Origin: Diplonema japonicum
Taxonomy: Eukaryota > Protista > Euglenozoa: Diplonemea
Assembly: GCA_964019335.1 (NCBI GenBank)
Contig: OZ025649.1
Location: 682,001-746,000, forward strand
Reading direction: 5' to 3'
Length of the DNA stretch: 64,000 nucleotides
The first letter of the stretch is position 1. The number at the start of each line of letters is the position of its first letter. The position numbers and the translations under genes are program-made. Below the pieces are notes generated by a model. It did not search any database. It had not been told where the DNA came from and saw only the letters and a program-made list of their open reading frames with translations. Shown one piece after another: positions 8,569 to 20,149 of the stretch.

Positions 8569-10512
8569 ATGATGAAGGTCTGGCTTGTACTGGCGTGTGC
8601 AACTGTGTGCGCGTGTGAAGAGCTTGTGGGGTGGGGGTGCATGGGGGATGACTTAGAAGATGTTAACGCAAGGTGCGGTGCTGATATCAGCACGAAGAGC
8701 TGTGCAGAGTGGTGCGAGAAGACAGTAGGGTGCGCTGCGTGGGTGTACAGTACGGAAACGAAGTGCTGCGAGTTAAAGGCAGCTTGCAACACACGGCAAG
8801 CAGACGACATCTATGTGTCAGGCACCGTTGACATCCAGGACCTTTGGGACGCAGACTGTCCAGGTGAAGACATCTTCGTCAACGGTGTTTACCAAAAGAA
8901 GTGCGACATCACCCTCGACCACTGCCTACAGCGATGTGACACGACCGCTGGATGCGGCGCTGTGGTCCACAACTACGAAGAGAGCCCTTCCGGTGCCAAG
9001 GGGAAGTGGACAGACGGCTGTTGCTGGCTCAAAAAGTCCTGCACATCCCCCAAGAAGATGGATGGTAAACACGCTGTAGTGTTCCGACAAAAGGTTGAGA
9101 AGTTGAGCCTCTGGGACGCAGATTGCCCTGGCGAAGACGTCTTCATCAACGGCGTTTACCAGAAGAAATGCGACATCACCTTCGACCACTGCCTAGACAG
9201 GTGTGGAAGGACACCTGGTTGCAGCGCTGTCGTGTATAACTACGACGAGAACTACTCAGGCGACAAGGGGAAGTGGACAGACGGTTGCTGCTGGCTTAAG
9301 AAGTCCTGCAAGTCACCGAAGCCGATGGTGGGCAAGCACGCAGTTCTATTCCAGTTAAAACAACACCCCGAGCAAGGCCAGAAGGCAGAGGACGCGCAGC
9401 CAGTAAAGTTGCCGAAGAACGAATACGGGTCGGTGCAACTGACACAGCTCATCTTTGACCCACCGTTGGAATCTGATATCAAGAGCACGACAGCTCCCCA
9501 GGGAGAGAGCCCGCAAGGTGAAGGACCAGAGAAGCTGTTCGACAACAAGCACGACACTAAGTGGGTCGACTTTAGGTATGAATCTCTGTATATGCTAAGT
9601 CACACAGACACGCACCCGTGATCATAGAGCTGAACCGTGCAGTTGATGTACAATCGTACAAGTTGGTGATGGGAAACGACTCACCGGAACGCGACCCGAT
9701 GGCTTGGAGGCTTTCGGGGTCAGAGAACGGGGTAGTGTGGGAGGAAATGTCCGAGGTGACGGAGGACGTGGGCATTGCAAGGCTCTCGGAGTCGAAAGCT
9801 TATGAGACGAAAGGGTCTTGGAAGTGGCTCAAATTTGAGGTTCTTTCCATCAGAGCACAGCCGGGCAAGGTGAAGGCAGTGTCGGTGGAAGCCACTGTCA
9901 TCGATGGCATTGCGTGTGAAGGCGGCGATCTTGTTGTCAACGGATACTACCAAAGGGCATGCGGGATAGAGGAGTCGATGTGCCGGATGGTGTGCAGCAG
10001 GACGCTGTCGTGTTCCCTCTACACGTACGAGCTGGAGACGAAGTGCTGTGCTTTGAAAACGTCGTGCAGTGACCACCGGGAGCAATACGGGCGACACGTG
10101 TACATCGTGCGTCACACCCACTACCCGCAGCAGTACCCTGGCGGCAGATCGCCTGTCGAAACGATGAAAGACGCAATGGAGGGGCACGACCTCAATGACG
10201 TCAAGGAGGTCTTAGACCTACTGTCGAAGGTGTGCAACACAGTACCCCCAGTTACAATACTCAGGACCACGATCACGACGAGGTGATGAAGGCCGTTCTA
10301 GAATGGGCCGAGAGGGAAGAAGAAGACCTCCTCAACGCCAGCGAAGAGACCGAAAAAGAAACAGACTTTGTGCTGCCGTGGTTCGCACTGCCGAGGTACA
10401 TTCCTTTCTTTAAATTCATTATTGAGAAGAAACTCCCTTTTTTTACAGGAAGCAAGCGCCCCGTGATCTGAATGTAATGCTACAAGAGCTTGAGATGCCA
10501 AGGAGGAACTAG
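8569..10512 (+). CDS. Secreted PAN/apple-domain protein with an F5/8-type C (discoidin/CBM32-like) domain; introns 9576-9607, 10230-10264, probably 10396-10448
   Basis: Signal peptide MMKVWLVLACATVCA. Four C..C....GC.A..Y....CC.LK apple repeats. EKLFD...TKWVDF...SYKL...NDSPERDPMAWRLSGSENG discoidin-like motif. GT-AG introns join the ORFs in frame. Confidence 0.8.
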
Positions 10513-10619
10513 TAGAAAAGAAAGGGAGAAAGTGTTGCTTCTCTGCTCAAAGAATGCGATACTTGTAGTACTTGAGTTACATTTAGCGTTTTACATCGTC
10601 AAACAACAAGCCTTTAGGC

Positions 10620-11541
10620 ATGGATGTAGAGATTTTGTATGGGTTGCTGATCGCTGTCCTTTGCGTGCTGCTAGCGGCGCTGGTGACCCAATTGGCATAC
10701 AGGCATGGACAACGAAGACTTGCGAGAGAAACAGCGGAACAATCTCCGCCCTTGGAGACAGTGGTGGTGAGCATTGCGAATGTTGAGGAATCGCAGGTTG
10801 TGAGGGTTCCAAGGGTTTGTATGAATTGTGGGGAATTTGTGCATCCAGCTTTGATCAGCGGACACCTTGAGGTGTGCCGGTTACGGCAGCAGCAACAACA
10901 GCAGCAGCAACAGCCGCAGACTACACAGCGCCCCCCCTCTCCTGCCTCCAGCTCTTCCTCCGAACAGCTTTCTAGTGATGACACCACATGTGTCATCTGC
11001 CTCTCCAAACGACGCACCGTTGCCTTCGTCCCTTGCGGGCACTGGACGTGCTGCAAAGCTTGTGCCAAGCAAGTTGAATGCTGCCCTTTGTGTCGAAACG
11101 ACATCACCCAGTACCTCCTCGTCAGCGGCGAGACAGTCAACAAGGTATTAAAAAAGAAGAATATAAAGGTCAAGAAAATATAAATAGTGTCCTGTCTGCA
11201 GCCTCCAGATACACCACACCTTCTACACCTCACACAGAGAGGTGTGTAGAATACAGATGAAGATGCGAGAAGAGCGTAAGAAGGAAGAAGAAGAAGCTGG
11301 ACTCGCACGGCAGGCATCTATAGTCAGCATGAAGGAGATACAAAGTGATGACGCGAAGTGCTGTGTGTGTCTAAAGAAGCCGCGGGAGGTATGGACTGGG
11401 GGGGTCTTCAAGTATTTTATTGTGCAGGTGGCGTTCTCTCCGTGCGGGCATTGGTCCACGTGCACAGACTGTGCTGAGGGGATAAAAAAGTGCCCCATTT
11501 GCAATACCGAGATAGCCAAGTCTCTCACCATTTATGCGTGA
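10620..11541 (+). CDS. Membrane-anchored E3 ligase candidate with two zinc-finger + C3HC4 RING units; introns 11145-11187, 11389-11427
   Basis: N-terminal TM helix; CVICL...AFVPCGH..CC..C...CPLCR and CCVCL...AFSPCGH...C..C...CPIC. Splicing restores the second C..C...H...C finger. Confidence 0.85.
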
Positions 11542-11774
11542 CACCTATGCTTCCCTGCACTTGGCTGGTGATCGTGACGACAGAACGCGATGACACGAAA
11601 GCCTCAGCAAAGGGGATTGTGTTCAGCAGCTATTGGGCTTTTACCTTCAACCCGCATCTTTCGTTTTCTGTTCAGTTCGGATATTTATTACTTCTCATAC
11701 CTCCTCTCTGCACCACAGACATCACAACAGGGAAAGCGGACAGGTTTACAGAATATGACCTGCGCCCAATTAAG

Positions 11775-14700
11775 ATGTTGAGCAGTTTCACAGCCATCGA
11801 GGGGTCCTCCACGGGCGGGGGTCACAGCACATGGACCGTCTCCACGCAGCGGTTGCTTGCGGTGACACATTTTGGGACAGGGATCGTGAGCTGCGTCCTG
11901 ACCGTCCTGCTCATGTTGGCTCTTGGGTGTGAAGGGCCAATTTACTGTTGGATAGTGTCGGTATTCGTGCCTTGCATGACAGCTCTTATGTGGAGTGCAT
12001 GGATTCAAAACAAGGTGCTCCAAACCGTTGTGAAGCCGCATACCACGATCACTGAATACCTCAGACAAGTGAGCAGTGAAACAGCTTGGGGATTCATAGA
12101 TGAGGTGCCTGAACTGTCCGAAGCTATGCCACAAGAGCTGCGAGAACTTACGCTCGTTGCTGATGTCTTTCGTGACAGGCTGCTTGAGCTCCTCCAGCTT
12201 GCGGTAGTCGACGGGAACCAAGGCGAGGTGGAGGAGGAAGATGAACACGACGATGCTATGGTAGGGGTCCGTCGCCAAGGCCGTGCCTGCATCTTCGAAG
12301 ACGAAAGCTTCGAAGTAGCGTCACCCCATAACCTCATCGAGTCGCAGTCGCAGTCCATATCCTTCTCGAGAGGGGAGGTGAAACCCTCTTCAGACTTACT
12401 TTGCATCTCGCCTTTAGAAGCCTCTCTGACTCTCCCTTTCGCGGCCGGGTCTGTGAAGGGGAGGACGAATGCAAAAAAGCGCAATTCGATGAGCGGCTCG
12501 TCAGGTATGATGTAAAACTGCATTCAGAAATGTTTTTTTCCCCCTTCTAGGCCTCCCACTGCGCTGCGATAGTGAGCCGTCCGCTTCCACGTGGCGTACA
12601 GGAGACTCGGCGTTCCTTGCTATCAAGGTCTACTACGAGGACGCGACCGAGGTCCCTCTGCTCCACCACGGCGTCTTCGATTCGATAAAGGAGGTAGCGC
12701 GTGCGTACGGCGCAAGGATGGAGTGGTCTGGCGGCTCAGAAGTGGCGCTATATTGGATGGGTGGTGACGACGCGTTGCTGCGAGTGGTGTCATGCTCCAA
12801 GGGTATCTCTACCATGCTGTCCACGACAAGCACCGTTGGCGGTATTAAAAAGTTCAGATGGGGAGGTGGCATCGCTACGGGCGATTCTAGATTCGGCTCT
12901 CTTCGAGTAAAGTCACGCCTCGTTCAATCCTGCGTGCTGTCTGCAGGCAAGGACGAAGCATTTGAACTTGCTCGCTTCGCTCTTGAGATCTCCGCTTCTG
13001 TGCTAATGTACGAACGCGGGCTCAACAACCTCGGCCCTAACGTGGGTGCGTCGTCAGGGCCTGCTCTTGGGAAGGAGTCCGGCATGACACCTATTGCTGA
13101 TGTTAGAGTAAGCTCTAACGGTAACACGCCTTTAAGAACCATCTGCTGTCTTGTAAATGAATCCCAAATACCAGCGCTGACTGATATATCAGCAGCTTTC
13201 AAGAGACAGGACTTCAGAGGTGCTACAGCAGTCTTAGAAGGACTTCTAGCGTTGCCTGAAAGTGAACGGGAAGGACTGCCTTTGGAGTGGTTGCGGAGAA
13301 CAGCGCACGACTTGGGGCAGGTGGCCGTGGGAGGGATGAGCATGTCCAGAGTGAGCTCCATGATACACAAAACGATGAGCATGTCGCGTGCCGCAAGCAT
13401 GATGGGCATGACAAGGACGCACACGGAGGGAAGTTTGGCCGAGCAGATCAGAGCAAGCCTCCCCGTTCAGTCTGTCTTGAAGAAACCGATGAGGGGGAGC
13501 GGGTCGCAGCTGAACTCAACTTTCGGACAATTCTCTCAGAACTCAAACGCGAGCCCCCCTGGAATGTCGAGCGACCAGGACTACGCCGCTGAGGAGGTAA
13601 ACTCCTTAGAGGAGCTGGAAGCGTCGACTGCACCTTCATCACCCGATACGGATCTCGAAAGATTTGCAGCCCTCTTCTCGAACCACATTCTGACTCATCT
13701 ACTCATAAGCACTCCAGGTGGGTGTTTCAAGAAGTCCACTCCTGAAGTCTTCACAGGATCTTCTGTGGTGAGCTGGCTTACGTCCACTTTCAGCGTGTCT
13801 GTGGATGTAGCCATAATGGTTGCAGAGATTCTGAGGTCCCGCGGGTTGTTTTATCCCTTGCAAGACAGGTGTAAGACGTTCATGAACGACTCAGCATCCT
13901 ACTACAAGTTCCGACAAGCAACCTTAGAAGTGGCCTTGGAAAAGCTGCAAGAGACTGCAATAGAGGACTGGAAGGGCGGGATGCTACAGAAGCTCGTGCG
14001 TGACATCGAAGAGGACGAGGTGTTGAAGACACTGCCCGAGAGGCGCAAGACGACAGACAGGGTACGACGCCTGACCGTAGTCTCTAGAAACAAGCTCCAA
14101 GAAGAGCAAGACAAGGAGATTGCAAGGAGGAACCTGCACAAGAACATCTGGACTGCTGCCAAGCTGCTTGCCCTGATATTTAACTGCATCAACATCCCTC
14201 TTCATGTCGGCTTTGATGTACCCTTCACACTGTACATTGCAGTCCTTCAGTGGATTGTAGACGTGGCCGTGTACTGGGTGTCTATACTCGTCACTGCACG
14301 GTTTAACCTCAACTATCTAAAGACGAAAGCGTTTTTTTTCTCTCTAATAGCGTGTTTCCCTGTGGAGTTCGTAGCTGCAATGTGGGACCCAACGTACTTG
14401 TGGCTCTCGTACTTCAGGTTGAACAGGCTACTCCACGTTACAGCCTTTGGTGAATTGTTCGCAGAGTTCGTGAGTGTGCACCTCAGATCTGTGTCTACCA
14501 TCAGGTTGCAAGCGTTGAAGTTGCTGCTGTTTTGCTTGTTTTTGCTGCATGTGGCAGCCGCCTCGATGCACTTTATCTTGTGGACGAGCAACATCGATTC
14601 CGCTGACAGCGGCGATCTGTACATGAATATACCGGACTTTCAAGGAAAGGACCTTGCAACGAGATACTTCTCCTGCCTGGACTGGGCTGTAAGGGCTATG

Positions 14701-15970
14701 TCGGGTTATGGCTGCAGATGGCCTGACACCGATGCGCAGACGCTTGTTGTCGGGGTGGTGCAGATATGCGGTGTTGCCGTCTGGGCCACTGTCATTGCCT
14801 ATGTCACGGTACTCCTCGACTCCGCCAACCCAGCACAGAAAGAGTACGAACGTCTCATCGAACAGCTGAGAATCTGTTTGCGTGAACGAAAGCTACCAGA
14901 GTCCTTCAGAAACGAAATCAATGGGTATGCACCACTGAAAGCTAACAACACCGCAACACACAGATACGTGAGGTTCCTATGGGTGACCACAAGGACGTAC
15001 CACGTGGGGCAGTACGACTTCCTCCTCAATAGCGACTCCATTAACACTTCGGGCGATGCGCTAGCATGGGGGCTCCCTTCAGAGCTGCGCTCTGCCTTTG
15101 CATACCACATGAACGAGCATGTGCTAGAGGGCATCCCGTTGCTGAAGAATGAGGCTAATGACAACTTCATTGCAGATGTTGTAAGCAAGCTGCGCCTGCG
15201 TGTGTACACACCCACGTCGGAGATCATCACACGTGGCGGGGAGGGCACTAACTTCTACATGATCATCAGGGGCAGTGTCGACATCTCACGCGATGGGCAG
15301 GCACTCGGCACCCTGTCAGAAGGGTCCTTCTTTGGGGAGCTATCGCTGCTGTATGGTGTGCCCAGCCCGTACACCATCACGGCGAGGACGTACTGCCAGC
15401 TATACGTTCTGAACCAGCAGGGTTTTGTGTGGGCAGCCGATAACTACCCGCACTGTTTGCAGGTTTGCTAAAAGAAAAGGGGGGGCGGGGGGAAAGAAAA
15501 CAACCGCAGAAAGTGTTAGAGAGCGCAGACGAAGGGTTTGCGAAGTACATTGGTGGAGTCCCAGGGGCACCACCTGTAACACGGAGGGTATGCACACACA
15601 CACACACACCACTTTATCTTTCCAGACATCGTCATTCAGTAAGAGACCTTCGCTGAGAAGACCTTCCCTGTTCATGTCGAGTGACGACTCTGTGAGCCTT
15701 GGAACCACGCTCACGAGCCATGACGGGGCAAGTAGTGTAGCACCCTCTAGCTGCTCGCCTGTTCCTGTCCCTGTGACGCGGAACCCCCTCGGACCACAGC
15801 GGCGGCCTACCTTCTGCGAGAATCTGCCTCAGTCTACTGCGTGCGTTGCGCAGTCGCAGTCGCAGTCGCAGTCGCAGTCCCAATCCCTCTCAGGACCTTT
15901 GCAGCAGACACGTGCCTCACGGGCCTCCGTCACATTCTCAGATTCGCCCTTCAAGCCGGGGCCTTTTTGA
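11775..15970 (+). CDS. Cyclic-nucleotide-regulated ion channel-like protein with N-terminal TM pair, degenerate class III cyclase-like domain and DEP domain; introns 12505-12550, 14925-14963, 15463-15509, 15588-15625
   Basis: DEP motif FTGSSVVSWL...A..VAE.L...G.F...F.ND...YYKF; S4-like YFRLNRLL; pore AMSGYG; CNBD GEGTNFYMIIRGSVDI...GSFFGELSLL. All four GT-AG introns were checked for frame. Confidence 0.8.
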
Positions 15971-16746
15971 TTCTCATTCTTTTTCGAGGCATCGGTATCT
16001 AAGCCGTAGCCAACATGTCTCTTGACATGTCTTATTTCTTCCTAAAAACTATTCGTTTAACGCAGTTTGTACCCTTTTTTTTATAGAGTTGAAGAAGAAA
16101 GGGATGGGGAGTGCTGAGGGATAGGGAGTGCTTGTGCCGACTCTTGAACAAACGCTTTTTCACTTTCCGTGCGTGAGCACGCTGAAAGGGAAGTGTAGCG
16201 AGGGGGAGCAGGAGAATTGGCTTTTTAAGGGTGGTCCTCACGTTGGGAGATGCCCTTAAGTATCGCGTTTTCTTTCTTTTTCTGTTTTGTTCCCTTCACA
16301 ATTGCTGTTTCCCCTCTCTCGTCAAGTTTAGTATTATGTTTCTTTTTTTTTACCCCCCTACTGGGAAGCCGTTTAAAAGGTGCCTCTTGCCTGAAGAGGC
16401 CAACCCCCGGCATATCGTGAGATATGACCGAAGCGAGGTAATTTCCCTCACCATTACTTCTTCTTTCTGATTTTTGTTCCCCAAGGTTCCCCCAGGGGCC
16501 CGCAACGTATTCGGATTTCAAGGCAATTGCTGCCTAGAAAATGGTACACCAGGTACTGGGCTGTTATCTATGTATATCATGCGAGCTGTTATTTGTCTCC
16601 TTGATTTTTTTTTTTTTTTTTGCACTCTGAGTGTGTAGCAAGCCCTCTGGTTTTTTTTACCTTGATGATCTGTGTCCACCCCTTAGGTTACTGGTTAAGG
16701 ACACGAAGAGACCACGAAGAGTCAGGCTTTGAAAAAAAGAAATTAA

Positions 16747-18530
16747 CCCATAAAGGACCGCTATTTTTCGTCTAAAAAGTCGATTTTGAACTTTTCGTTC
16801 AATACCAAAATAAAATGGCGAGGGTGGAGTTAGAGGGTGTGTACCTATATTATTTTCACTACCCCATTTCTGGAGCGCGAAGCGGCCTGCATTTCAGCCC
16901 CAGACGCGCCCAAACTTTGGTGGTAGAGCAGCATTTGAGAGAAACAACTCTTGCAAAGGGCACATGCTATCTGGAGGTTCCATGGTTTCGGCAAGCAGCG
17001 CTTATTCAGCGTGCAGAGTGGGCTGGTTATTTTTTTTTCACCACTTATGGCCGTTCTTTGAACATAAGGTCCGAGGTGCCGCAGATATGCGACTTGTCCA
17101 ATTTAAACGTATTTCTATATTCAAGTGGTTTTCAAGAGGTTTTCAGGTGGTTTTTTAAGGTGTCGTTAATGTGAAAAAATTCGAAACAGGGCACATTGCT
17201 ACGTTGCAATCTCTGCACGAGAACATGGCCTGGGTGCGTTTTTTCTCTAATTTGTTGCACACAGTGCAATTCCGTGCCTTTTGCATCTTTTCAAGACACA
17301 TTAAAGGTGCACCCTTGGCACGTGAAGGTGCACCCTTGGTACGTGAAGGTGCACCCTTGGCACGTGAAGGTGCACCCTGAGGGGTAGGTATCTCAGGCTC
17401 CGGCGGGGAACACTTGATGTGGGTGCCACCCTTTTGCGATGATGTTGTTTGACAAGATTTCTTTGCCACACACTTGCTGACACTGAATGGGTATTCTGGG
17501 AGCAATTTCCGGGTTTTCCTGATGGTCCCCATGCAGTGGAAATCTGCATTGTAAATCCGTATCAACAATGGTACAAGCGAAAGCAGTTGTCAAAGACAAT
17601 CCAGTAATTCTGGTGCTGATATTCGGTGAGCTCTGCCTCTTTCCTCCGGGTGCCCGCGCCGGTACAAACAATCATGTTTAGAGTGTAACCGGTGTCTGAT
17701 TTGCATTTTGAACCCATAACGCTTCCTCTTCTTCGGCTCATAAACAATGAACCCGACACGGCTTCTACAGCGTATGATGGTTCATCCACAGCAAGGTTTC
17801 GCTTGGGTACATACAGGGATGACCAAGAAGGAACCACAAGATTTATAAGATTGCGCCCGTTAGCCATTCTGTCTCCTTCTCCTCCACCAAGGGGCAACCC
17901 AAACCGCATTTAGCGCATTATTTTTAGGAGCCTGTTTCTTTCCATTACCGTTCTGAAATATTGTGAATATGGGGTATCTGTGAGTTCATCCTGTGCCCAG
18001 TAGACCTTAATATCTGTCTTGATTATGAGCCCTGTAAGTATCCAAAGGCCTCTATACCACTCGAATGGCTTGCTGCCCACCCCACGATAGCCTTTTAGAG
18101 CCGCAGGAGTGAAAAACAACTCAAGGTACAGGACAAGCCCCCTGCTGGAGGGCCGCCCTATCAAAAACAAAGGGAAAACCTCCAGCCCGTTGAGACCCAC
18201 TACTGGTACACTTGGACCTGGTACCTTGCGAAATATCTTCCTCCCCACCTTCTCGATTTTGTCATCCCATTCCATATCCGGGATATCCCCATCATCCGGT
18301 GACACTGACCCTTCTTCAGAAGTACTTTCGGCACTACTCCTTATGGGGTGTAAAAAAAAAACAATGTCTGTGCCACTATTTTTTTTCTCCCCTTGCAGTT
18401 TGGATGCAAAAATTTACGGGCGATATAGCGTCAGTATAAAAAAAGTCGCGCAATAAGGCCCCTCTTTAAAGAGTGGGCATGCAGAGCACTAAAAATGCCT
18501 TAGCAGAATTTAAAAAAGTTTTTTTTTGGG
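16747..18530 (-). mobile_element. Degenerate piggyBac transposon (frameshifted transposase)
   Basis: Left end TTAA|CCCATAAAGGACC at 16743-16759. Minus-strand fragments LELFFT, TP...FRTVMERNR..KIMR, LAVDE, DTGYTLNM, VFDN, CMGTIRK and a Cys-rich CTVC...CRDCNVAMC. The right end (TGGG|TTAA, 18527-18534) is only weakly supported. Confidence 0.8.
17304..17378. repeat. 21-bp minisatellite, about 3.6 copies (AAGGTGCACCCTTGG[C/T]ACGTG), inside the piggyBac remnant
   Basis: Directly visible tandem copies. Confidence 0.95.
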
Positions 18531-18661
18531 TTAAAAAAAAAAAAAAAGAAGAAGAATAAAAAGACTTTTCAGCTGGGCAGAAAGAAAGGGTGGACCTTAT
18601 GATAGATCTTGTAAGAACGAATCTCGCGGTTTGAAACCCCTTTGTTTTCTGAAAGGTTTTT

Positions 18662-18665
<4 letters not shown>

Positions 18666-18723
<58 letters not shown>
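18666..18723 (+). repeat. Long poly-T tract
   Basis: Uninterrupted T run; one of many intergenic homopolymers. Confidence 0.9.
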
Positions 18724-18725
<2 letters not shown>

Positions 18726-19691
18726 TTCCTCCTCTCCCGCTCTCTCTCTCTGTGTTTCCCTAAAAAAACACTACTCCGTATTCATGAATTACGCCCCTGT
18801 TAAGTTGCTTTTAAAAGAACTCTGGCGGCGATAGCATGTTAAGAGTTGAAGAGGGATTTAAAAAAGAAAAAAGAAAAAAAAAAGACGGGGGGGAAAGGGA
18901 GAAAATAAAATAAAAAGAAAGCGATAGTTAGAATCAAAATGTGCGTCTTTTTAAAGGTTTTTTTTGGGGGGGGGTTTTCCCTTAAGCTTTGCCTGTTTTT
19001 TTTCTTCTTCTATGTGTGTGTCGAAACACGCCTGCTTTACTTTTTATTTTATTTTTTTTTTTACACAGCACCACTTGTGGCCAATTGTTCACAATTTATT
19101 TTTACCCCTTTTCTCTCCTCGGTCTCCTTTTTCTTCTTTTTTTTTTCTTCCATCCGTTCATCGGTTTATTAATTTGTTACGTTGCAATCTGGGGTGGGGG
19201 GGGGTAGACTTCTTTCTCGACACTTTCTCTCGGAGGCCCTCTCTTTTTTTCTTTATTTATAAGGTTCGATCAAGAGATAGATTGAGACTCTTCAGGCGTC
19301 CTGCCACATACCGCAGGTACCCTTAAATGTCTCTTTTTTTTTTTTTTTTTTTTTTTTTTTATTTTCTTTCCTGTCCCTAGTCGTGGCAGCTTTCTCGTTC
19401 TTAATGCAGTGAAGGAAGATAAAAAAAAAAGGGGGAACAACGGGTGAATTGCAACATTTATCACCACTTTTTATGTTCCTTTCCTTTTCTTTCCAACAAA
19501 TTTGTTACAATGAAGAGAATAAAAAGTTTGTGTATCTCCATTTAATCTGTCGACGGCAGGAAGAAAAAAAGTAAAAAGAAAAAGGGGGGGAAGAAAAGGG
19601 AGCAGAAAGAGAACGTGGTAAACAACGCAGCGAGATAAGAAAAGAAGAAAAAAATAGAAAACAAGGAAACGAAGTAGAAAAAACCTGTTCT

Positions 19692-19728
<37 letters not shown>

Positions 19729-19772
19729 TGGTTCCATATCTCCCAGCACCCATCCAATTTTTGTTCTTCTTC

Positions 19773-19803
<31 letters not shown>

Positions 19804-20149
19804 TTTTTTTTTATATTTTTCCCTTTTGGGTTAGGTGTAGAAAAAGAAAAAAAAGAAAGAAGAAGAAAAAAGAGGGAGATGCGCTCTGTACTGTTTAATT
19901 CCTTTAATGGGTGTCGTTGCTTGCTTCATCCCCCATCATAACGAATTATTTTCTTCTTCCCTTCGTTAAGCAAGCGGCTTTTTTTTCTTCTTCTTCTTTT
20001 TTTTTTTTCCTATTTGTAATTCGGATCGTGCCTTTTTATTTCCCATTTTTTTTTTTTTTTTGTTGTTGTTCACCTTACCTCCTGTTTCTTCGTTATTACT
20101 GCACCTCCGTTTGTTTTTTTTAAAGAAAGAAAGTGGGGGGTGAAAGAAA

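Noticed and set aside
16660-16726. TTGATGA...GTGTCC/GGACAC...GAAG hairpin resembling a hammerhead, SECIS or snoRNA
   Set aside because: Core mismatched (no CTGA, no GAAA), no box D, and no upstream in-frame UGA selenoprotein.
17304-17378. CRISPR-like array
   Set aside because: Head-to-tail repeats without spacers, eukaryotic context, no cas genes.
18540-20140. Many Phe- or Lys-rich ORFs in spacers (also 5620-6250, 27050-27790, 31250-31960, 49500-50900)
   Set aside because: Artefacts of T/A homopolymer tracts with no coding signal.
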